A DNA stretch of 64,000 nucleotides from Octopus vulgaris (Eukaryota): NCBI GenBank assembly GCA_951406725.2, contig OX597820.1:53134001-53198000 (forward strand), read 5' to 3'. Positions 54,881 to 64,000 of the stretch are shown here, one piece after another (position 1 is the first letter of the stretch; each line of letters begins with the position of its first letter). Both the position numbers and the translations under genes were made by a program. The notes beneath the pieces are model-generated. The model did not search any database and was not told the DNA's origin. It saw only the letters and a program-made list of their open reading frames with translations.

Positions 54881-55523
54881 CTGGATTTCAATTCACTTTC
54901 AGCCTACCAAATATAATCACGTTGTTATATCAGCCCTAAATGCCACGTAGTGGGCCTGAACCTTAAACTATGTGATTGAGAAACAAACAAACTTCTTACC
55001 ACACAGCCATGCCTATCATTTGGGAATTTCGATCATCGTATTTCTAGTTCTGGGCTGACCCAGAATCGGACAACAACAACAACTACAGCCTCGCACCACT
55101 CTCCCGGCAAAATTACCCCACATCTCCCCGCTCCCTTTTCTGTCTTCCAATACTTCACCACCCCTTCCTTTTTCACCTTGGAGCATTAGCATCTCTCATT
55201 CTTTCTCTTTTGCTCCCTCTCTATTATTTCTGTTGCACGTCTCAGTTCACTTCAACTACACACACCATACCCATACACCTCGCTTTAATGTCACTCAGAC
55301 TTAACGTTCGTTCTATCTCACCTTATTCCTTTAATCCACAACCCCGTACATTTTCTCTATCAGCCACTAACTACCACAGGAGTGGATGTGAGGTAAGTAG
55401 CTTGCTTATTAACCACATGGCTTCGTGTTCAGTCCCACTGCGTGGTACCTTTGGCAAGTGTCTTCTACTATAGCCTCGGGCCGACCATATCCTTGTGAAT
55501 TTGGTAGATAGAAACTGAAAGAA

Positions 55524-55610
<87 letters not shown>

Positions 55611-55805
55611 AAATAGAAAAGAGTGAAAAAACCACAGAAGGCTTGTTTTATAAGGTTAAAGAATATATTTAAGTCGTTATGTTAGAAGAATGTTTTTAAA
55701 ATTTTCATATAGTAACATAGTTTTTGAAGAAATTACCGGTTTCGTGTTAACTTTTCAAATTTCTCAAATGTCTTTACCTACATCGTGTTATGTCTTCGTT
55801 ATGCA

Positions 55806-55863
<58 letters not shown>

Positions 55864-55865
<2 letters not shown>

Positions 55866-56349
55866 TAAAAATGTAATTGCCAACATAATATGGCTGTCCT
55901 ATAAGGGACGTTGTTACTGTTTATTAACTACAAGAAACATCGTTCTAGCTGGCTATACAACACATTATCTGTGTCCTTATGTTTTCGAACTGGGAATTCA
56001 GCGTCCTCCGCCCCAACACAAAACAAAATCAATGGACTAGTTTCAGGGTTATTGCCCTTCATCAACACAGAGTAGCTGCATGGATAGTTGACTATATGTT
56101 CGAACCGTGAATTCACCAACGCCACCTAGCCAAGCAGCTACTCCGTGTTGATGAAGAGTTGTAACCCCGAAAGTAGTGCACAGATTTGTCTTGTGCTGGG
56201 GCTGGGATGCTGAATTCCTTGTTCGAAAATATAAAGTCACAGACTTAATGTGTCGTATAGCCAGTTGGAAACGATGCTTCTTGAGGCTAAGAAACTGTAA
56301 CAACGTCCCTTACAGGACAGTCGTATTATTTTGGCACTTAAATTTTACT
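55864..56349. mobile_element. 486-bp fold-back element: two diverged inverted pLTR-like arms, each carrying a hammerhead motif
   Basis: Arms of about 220 bp align as reverse complements, e.g. CTGTCCTATAAGGGACGTTGTTAC / GTAACAACGTCCCTTACAGGACAG and CTTCATCAACACAGAGTAGCTGC / GCAGCTACTCCGTGTTGATGAAG. Confidence 0.85.
56032..56068 (-). ncRNA. Minimal hammerhead motif, UUGAUGA core variant
   Basis: Minus strand GTG-TTGATGA-AGGG caataa CCCT-GAAA-CTAG-TC-CAT. ACTAGT palindrome and GUC triplet; a degenerate partner lies at 56145-56181 (+). Confidence 0.68.
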
Positions 56350-56362
56350 TTATTTCTTAAAG

Positions 56363-56680
56363 ACTCCGCTGGTTACGACGACGAGGGTCCCAGCTGATAC
56401 GATCAACGGAACAGCTTGCTCGTGAAATTAACGTGCAAATGGCTGAGCATTCCACAGACACGTGTACCCTTAACGTAGTTCTCGAGGATAATCAGCGTGA
56501 CACAGGGAGTGACAAGGCTGACCCTTTGAAAGACAAGTACAACTCATTTTTGCCAGCTGAGTGGACTGGAGCAACGTGAAATAAAGTGTCTTGCTCAAGG
56601 ACACAACGCGTCGCCGGGAATCGAACTCACAACCTTACGATCATGAGCCGAATGCCCAAACCACTAAGCCACGCGCCCTC
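56363..56680 (-). mobile_element. tRNA-derived SINE (3' half shared with family C)
   Basis: Minus-strand head GTGAGGGCGCGTGGCTTAGTGGTT...GAGTTCGATTCCC, then GTGTCCTTGAGCAAGACACTT core. Confidence 0.87.
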
Positions 56681-56707
56681 ACTTTACTTTATTTAGAAAT
56701 AAATCTA

Positions 56708-56741
<34 letters not shown>

Positions 56742-57233
56742 ACACACACACACTCACACACACACACATATATATTCTATTATTCTTTTACTTATTTCAG
56801 TCATTTGACTGCAGCCATGCTGGAGCACCACGTTTAGTCGAGCAAATCGAGCCGAGGACTTATTCTTTGGAAGCCTGGTACTTTTTCTATCGGTGGATTT
56901 GGTAGTCGGAAACTGAAATATATATATATATGTACGCGTGTATATATTTATGTGTATGTGTTGTGTTTGTGTCTGTGTTTGTCCTCGGCCACCAATCGCT
57001 TGACATCGAACTTGGTGTATTTACCTCCCCATGATTTAGTGGTTCGGAAAAAGAGACCGATAGAATAAGAACTAAGCTTAAGATAAGTCCTGGAGTTGAC
57101 TTCTTCGACTAAAAAACCCTTTAGGGCAGTGCTCCAGCAGAGCCGCAGTCAAATGACTGGAGCAAGGAAAAGAATAAAAGAATAAATATTATTACGAACT
57201 GTATAAGAAGTATGTTAAAATATTTTATGTAAG

Positions 57234-57396
57234 AGGCACAGGAGTGGCTGTGTGATAAGTAACTTGCTTACCAACCACGTCGTTCCAGGTTCAGTCTCAC
57301 TGCGTGGCACGCTGGGTAAGTGTCTTCTACTATAGCCTCGGGCCGACCAAAGCATTGTGCGTGGATTTGGTAGACGGAAACTGAAAGAAGCCCGTC

Positions 57397-57444
<48 letters not shown>

Positions 57445-57638
57445 CTGTGTATGTCCCCCAACATCGCTTCACAATCGATACTGGTGTGTTTTCGTCCCCG
57501 TAACTTAGCGGTTCAGTAAAATAGACCGATAGAATAAGTACTAAGCTTACAAAGAATAAGTCCTAGTGTCGATTTGCTCAACTAAAGGCGATGCACCAGC
57601 ATGGCCGCAGTCAGATAACTGAAAAAAGTAAAAGAATA
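57234..57638 (+). mobile_element. SINE family A, full length
   Basis: End-to-end homology with 51597-52012. Confidence 0.92.
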
Positions 57639-58099
57639 TCGTAGAACTATAACCAATTTATTGCAGATAAATGGTAATAAAATCTTAGATGGACCCCCAA
57701 GGGTCTCATGGACCCCCAAGGGTCTTATGGACCCCGGGTGAGAACCACTGCCCTATAAAAGGAAAATCGTTATGCTAGAAGTAGTAGTCAAGCCATTCTC
57801 AGTTTTTGTCCCACCGCTATATATAACACAAGGATGCCTTGGTTTATGCAATCATAAGCAAACTCCTAAAATGTTTAGGTTGTCACGATTGGAATGTCTG
57901 ATTAACATAGGTCAACACAACAGCAACTGACCTAGGGTTAAACAACAGCAAGATTAGCAAAAGAAAGTCACAGTGGACAATGTAGTTCAGAGAGAAGACC
58001 ACAGCTGGAAATCCTTTGATCATAGGTCTGCTCAATCAGGGCGGATCTGGGGTTAAATCCATCAAGAAGACCGACGACAACAATCGCTTAATGTCATCA

Positions 58100-58728
58100 A
58101 TACACCACACCCACCTATGACCCCTATACTACTACCGCGACCAGCACCATGACCACTACCACCACCACGACCACAACCACCATCACCACCGCCACCACTA
58201 TCACTACTACCACCATCACACCACCACTACCAATACCGCCACCACTACCACTACCACCATCATCACTACTACCACCACCATCACTACTACCACCATCACA
58301 CCACCACTATTACCACTACTACCATCACCATCAGCGCCCAGTAAACCGTATCATGAAGAGCATCACTACCAACGCATCACTGACATCAATCCAGCACTAC
58401 AATACAACTATCATGGCCCTACCACCACCACCATCACTAAACCCTCACAATTCCACTCCAATACCATCATCACACAACAACCATCACCACCACCACAACC
58501 AACACCAACACAGCCATGCTACATCACATCCAGACCACGATGCAGTCACCATAACCACCTCTCACAACGTTACCTCGTCACTGCTACGACCAACACCACT
58601 ACTACCGCCGCTACCACGTACACCCCACCAAGTACACCCCAAGTACACTACAACATCGACCACCATAACCACAATCACTACTTCCACTACTATCACTACT
58701 ATAACTATTGCTACTACTACTACTACTG

Positions 58729-58792
<64 letters not shown>

Positions 58793-60378
58793 AATGCCGC
58801 ATCACTAACACACCTACCACAATCCATGACCGCAGACACCACGCCACCACTAAAGCACCACCGCCTCCGCTGCCAGTAATAAAGCACCACAATAACGACC
58901 ATACCACCACTACTATTACCCAAACACCACCAGCACCACAATGACCACACCATTACAACTATATCTTAAACACTGACAGCTCAATGGCTCAACTACCTCA
59001 CAGCAACCACGATCCAAATAACACCACAATAACTGCACCACCACTGTTACTGCAATCTAAACACCACCATCGAAATGATCAAATGACTACTGTAACCTTA
59101 ACTCTGACACCACTGCCAAACCACCTCTGCTACTATTAACGAAATACTATGAAAACAACTATCATATCTCTAATACCTATTTCTTTATTACCCACAAGGG
59201 GCTAAACATAGAGGGGACAAACAAGGACAGACATAGGTATTAAGTCGATTACATCGACCCCAGTGTGAAACTGGTACTTAATTTATCGACCCCGAAAGGA
59301 TGAAAGGCAAAGTCAACCTCGGCGGAATTTGAACTCACAACGTAGCGACAGACAAAATACCGCTAAGCATTTCTCCCGGCGTGCTAACGCTTCTGCCAGC
59401 TCACCGCCTTTCATATCTCTAATACCGTTACGTAAACATCATCGCCACCACATCATCGCACCACAAATACTATTACCAAGACATCATTATTGTGCCTACC
59501 ACACGTCTACTACATCCACCACATCACTAGTAACATGACCAATGCATTATCGCCACAAATACCTCACCACTGCCACTGCATCACATCACTACGACTACTG
59601 TTACCGCAACACCGCTACAGTAACCGCCACGCCACTACAAAAGCCACTACACCTCGGCTATTATTACCAAGACATTATTACCATAAGGAGCACGTCATTA
59701 CTACCATTAACTGAATAGGCATCAACGCCACCACATTATCATACTACGACCCAATCACGCCGTAGCTACAATTGTCTAGTTATCGACAGCAGCTCAACAA
59801 CCTTATAATACCACCGCAACCATTACCAATATTATCATTATTACTACCACTACACTTCGTCATTAATACTATGTACTACTACCGCCACCACCACCACCAA
59901 AACTCCACCATCAGAATGACCATATGACCACTGTAAAACCCCGACTCAATACACAGCACACAGCTATTACCATTATCTGACCAGGCATCAACGCCACCAC
60001 ATTATCATACTACCACCCTATCAGATCACTGCTACAATTGACTAGTTGTTAACAGCAGCACAACAACCTTATGATACCACTACAACCATTACCAATACTA
60101 GCGTCATTGCCACCACGACACTTCGTTAACAATATTAGCCATGTACAACCACCGCTACCGCCACCACCGTCAATACAGTTAAAACACACCACTCTACCAT
60201 TACCAAAACAATACCACTAACCACTAATGTCATTAATAAAATATCATTACAAGCACTTTATCACCACTGCCATTATTATTACTACACCAACGACGCATCA
60301 ACACCGGAGCCGCCGCCGCCACAACACCACCATCACCACCACCACCACCACCATCACCACCACGACCACCATCACCAC
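58100..60378. repeat. (ACC/ACT/ATC)n-derived low-complexity region including a diverged tandem duplication with a period of about 266 bp
   Basis: Pure (ACT)n at about 58712-58790. AGGCATCAACGCCACCACATTATCATACTAC occurs at 59717 and 59983. Confidence 0.85.
59178..59410 (-). mobile_element. SINE family B, full length with 16-bp TSD
   Basis: TCATATCTCTAATACC at 59162-59177 and 59411-59426. Minus-strand head AAGGCGGTGAGCTGGCAGAAGCGTTAGCACG. Confidence 0.9.
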
Positions 60379-61049
60379 GGACGAGGTCCTGCTCATTTCA
60401 GCAGCCACCTCGTACACACACGCACTGATGAGTCACTCCAATGCCAAGAAGTGTTACAACAGTTACAGAGGTGTTAATTCCGACTGATAGATTGTTTGTA
60501 TCGATTTTTCGTGCTCTCTTGCTGCACCAGCGCCGCTTATGGTGGAAAAACGCATTACCGCTATTTTCTCATTAACGGCTGTAATCAACGCCACCACTTC
60601 AAAACAACTTTATTACACATCATCTGTGCTGTCATTTGTCATCATCATTATCATCATTATCATCATTATCATTACGTTTACTGTTCTTAAACGCATCTAC
60701 ACGTGCCTGCACTCTCACACACATACACATAAGCGCACGCTTATGCGTATGAGTGTGCGAATGTGTGTGTGCTTGTGTGTATGTGTGTGCGTGCGGCGCG
60801 TTTGTGTGTAATTATATAACAATATAATTTTATGTTATATATGTCTTTAAACATATATTCATATTTACTTGCTGGACACGTGAAAAATTTACGTTTCTTT
60901 TTACGTTCTGAGTTCAAATTCTGCCGAGGTCGACTTTGCCTTTCATCTTTTCGGGGTCGATAAATTAACTATCAGTTGGATACAAGGGACGATCTAAAAA
61001 CTGGCCCCATTTCCACAAAAAATACAGGCCTGGTAAAGTAATTTTGACA

Positions 61050-62470
61050 GTTATTCCTCCCTTTTCTCCGCTCCTCGGAACTTTCTAGGAAGTCTCTACG
61101 CCCCCCCCCCTCGAACTTTTCCAGGAAGTCTTTCCTGCCCGTCCTCCACCTCGGAACTTTCAAGGAAGTCCCTATCCACCTCACAGGATTTTGCCGGAAG
61201 TCCTTCCTCCCCTTCATCCCTTCCTTCTCTTCATCCACCTCCTCAGAACCTTCCAGGAAGTCACCCTGTTGGGAGCGTTCCAGGAAGTCCCCCTCCTCGG
61301 AAATTTCCATGGAGTCCTTCCTCCCTTCCCCCTCTTCCCATTCCTCCGAACTTTCCAGGAAGTCCCTACCCCATCCTCAAACTTTTCCAGTAAGTCCTTC
61401 CTACCCACCCCTTCCTCGTAACTTTCCAGGAAGTCCCTCTTCCTTGGAACTTTCCAGGAAATCCCTACTCCTTCCTAGAACTTTTCGAAGAAGTCTCCAT
61501 CTCCTCCCCTTCCTTTGAACTTTCCAAGAAATCCTTCCGCTCCTCTTACTCGGAATGTTCCAGGAAGTCCTCCTCCTTGGAACTTTCCATTGAGTCCTTC
61601 CTCTCTTTCCTCCCCTCCTCCCTTTCCTCCGAACTTTCGAGGAAGTTCCTACCCCATCCTCAGACTTTTCCAGTAAGTCCTTCCTCCCCTTCCTCGGAAC
61701 TTTCAAGGAAATCCCTCTTCCTTGGAACTTTCCAGGAAATCCCTACTCCTTCCTAGAAGAATTCCTTCCGCTTCACTTCCTCGGAACTTTCCAGGAAGTT
61801 CTTCCTCCTATTCCTCGAGACTTTCCAGGAAAACCTGCCCCTCCTCAGAACAGGAATTATCTCTGACCCCCCTTCCGAGTAAGTACCAGGGAGTTCTTCC
61901 TCTTCCTATCCCTTACTCGAACTCTCCCAGAAAGTCCCCCTCCTCCCCTAATTCTACAACACTCCTCGGAACTTTCCAGGAAGTCTCCCTCCTACCCTTC
62001 CTTCTCTTCATCCACCATCTTCAGAGCTTTCCAGGAAGTCTTTACTTCCTCAGACTTTTCTTGGAAGTCATTCATCCTCCCCTTCTTCGGAACTTTCCAG
62101 GAAATTCTTCCTCCCCTTTCTCGGGACTTTCCAGTACAGGAAGACCTCCAGGAACAGGAAGGCCTTCCTCCCCTCCTGCCCTTTCTCATCTTCATGCCCC
62201 TTCTCCGAACTTTCCCGAAGTCCCCTTCCTCGCAACGTTCCAGGAAGCGCCCTTCATTGGAACTTTCCAGGAAGTCCTCCTCCCTTTCATCGGAGCTTCC
62301 CAGGAAATCCGTACCACTCCTCGGTCTTTTGAAGGAAGTCCTTCCTCTCTTTCTCCCCTTCCTTGGGACTCTCCAGGAAATCCTGCCTCCTCCCCTTTCT
62401 GGGAACGTTCCAGGAGATACTTACTCCCTCAGAACTTTCTAGAACTTTCCTTTCCATCCTCACCTTCCTC
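61050..62470. repeat. Degenerate CT-rich minisatellite with core CTCGGAACTTTCCAGGAAGTCC
   Basis: The core recurs every 25-50 bp with variable C/T spacers. A higher-order duplication relates about 61270-61480 to about 61550-61760. Confidence 0.92.
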
Positions 62471-62757
62471 GAAACAGATGCGTATATATGTAACCGAAAA
62501 ATCCCTCATTATTATATTTCCTACATATATGAAATTTGAAATTTGGATTACTATTATGATAATTTCATTAACTTGCTACTGACCCAAGAAACTTTGAATC
62601 TTAAATTGAAAGCTCTGTTACCTGAGTTATTTCAGTTCACTCTGAAAAGCATTGATACTTCAATTGTTTGTAGTCAGGCATTAACACTTTACCATTATTA
62701 AAATAAACTTATTTTGCTAAAATATATCAAACGAAATACGTTATATATCAAAAGGTA

Positions 62758-62909
62758 CCGAATTTATTCGAAAATAAAACGCACCCGTAATTTATAGTCA
62801 AATCTTGATAAAAGATTTTAGATTTATCCCGTGTATAATTTGCATCCCACTTTTTAATTTTCTGTTAAAAACAGATATAAAACTACAGCTTATATACGAG
62901 CAAATACAG
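62758..62909. mobile_element. pogo/Tigger-type MITE remnant
   Basis: TA|CCGAATTTATTCGAAAATAA ... TTATATACGAGCAAATACAG|TA: imperfect TIRs with TA TSDs. Confidence 0.55.
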
Positions 62910-63287
62910 TAACTCTATATTTAAGACCTTTTTGTTTTTGTACAATTTCACGCCTTTTTGCACGTTTTAGTTTTGTCTAAAATTTAAATATTTACATAAA
63001 TAGACATATTGCAGATATGGAAAACATATTTTCTAACATGAAAGACTTTTATCTTCTGACGCGTGAGAGTTTGGCTGGCATACCCAACAAATCAGTTGTC
63101 AAACATTCTCCTGAAAATAGAAGCTTCAGACTGTCACATACTCCGTAAATGAAGGTCACATTGAAGAACGTAGTTATTGCTATGCAAATGGCGAGTTTGT
63201 CACAACTGGGGCAACCTCGATCCGACTGATCGTGTAATAATGAAAAGGGAAACTGACAGCCAGTATTTGCTGTGTCTATGTATCGAC

Positions 63288-63329
<42 letters not shown>

Positions 63330-63786
63330 GCTTGTATGTATGTGTGCGTCTGCATTTGTCACACCACCATCGCTTGACAACCAATGTTGCTGTGTTTACA
63401 TCCCCGTAACTTAGCGTTTCGGCAAACGGTAACCGATAAGATAAGTACTAGGCTTACAAAGAATAAGTCCTGGGGTCGATTTGTTCGACTAAAGGCAGTG
63501 CTCCAGTATGGAAGCAGTCAAATGACTGAAACAAATAGAAGAATATATACACATATATTCACACACACATACGCACGCACACAAAGACACACACACACAC
63601 TCAGATATACACAAGTGCACGGATACACAAACAGGTACACTCACATATTTGTATGAATATACTTGTGTATGTGTGTGTATGCATGGGGTTGTATGTACAC
63701 GCATGTGTGTTTATACATGCATAAATAGCTACATGCATATATGCAAACATGCAAATATGCATATATAAATATAAATATAAATTTAT

Positions 63787-63887
<101 letters not shown>

Positions 63888-63908
63888 TATGTATACATAT
63901 ATATACAC

Positions 63909-64000
63909 AGGCGTAGGAGTGGTTGTATGGTAAGTAGTTATAGGCGCAGAAGTGGCTAAGTGGTAAGTAGCTTGCTTACTAGCCACATGCTTCCGGGTTC
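63909..64000 (+). mobile_element. SINE family A head with duplicated first ~32 bp, running off the window
   Basis: AGGCGTAGGAGTGGTTGTATGGTAAGTAG followed by AGGCGCAGAAGTGGCTAAGTGGTAAGTAGCTTGC. Confidence 0.8.

Noticed and set aside
58149-58808. Thr/Pro/His-rich mucin-like ORF
   Set aside because: It is (ACC/ACT)n low-complexity DNA, and the same composition continues with stops in all frames.
60424-60450. CTGATGAGTC as a hammerhead core (also CTGACGA at about 42597 and CTGAAGA at about 36100)
   Set aside because: There is no correctly placed helix II, GAAA and NUH.
61050-62470. CRISPR-like repeat-spacer array or heat-shock-element cluster
   Set aside because: Eukaryotic context, degenerate repeats, low-complexity spacers and no cas genes. 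The third pentamer is out of phase for nGAAnnTTCnnGAAn.
61722-62582. 286-aa Pro/Ser-rich ORF
   Set aside because: It is a by-product of the minisatellite, and multiple overlapping frames are equally open.

Overview
AT-rich, microsatellite-saturated eukaryotic DNA, not prokaryotic. The SINE families and (TA)n/(CA)n/(GATA)n load look like an octopus (coleoid cephalopod) intron or intergenic region; this is inferred from repeat recognition. No host protein-coding exon could be supported, and nearly all ORF-track entries are microsatellite translations. The only long real ORF is a 993-aa APE+RT ORF2 of a CR1/L2-group LINE (38297-41278, -), lying head-to-tail with a 5'-truncated relative. The window also holds relics of a Penelope-like RT, an R4/Dong retrotransposon, pogo, Tc1/mariner and hAT transposases, two non-autonomous Helitrons and many tRNA-derived SINEs. 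The most striking signal, invisible to the ORF track, is a dense set of type I hammerhead ribozyme motifs: about 8 complete or near-complete plus several halves or weak copies. They belong to several families of short Penelope pLTR/retrozyme-like repeats, and include one canonical motif (22519-22579), minimal motifs with palindromic helix III, core variants, and copies built into long fold-back inverted repeats. All structures were assigned by eye and none was folded computationally or tested.
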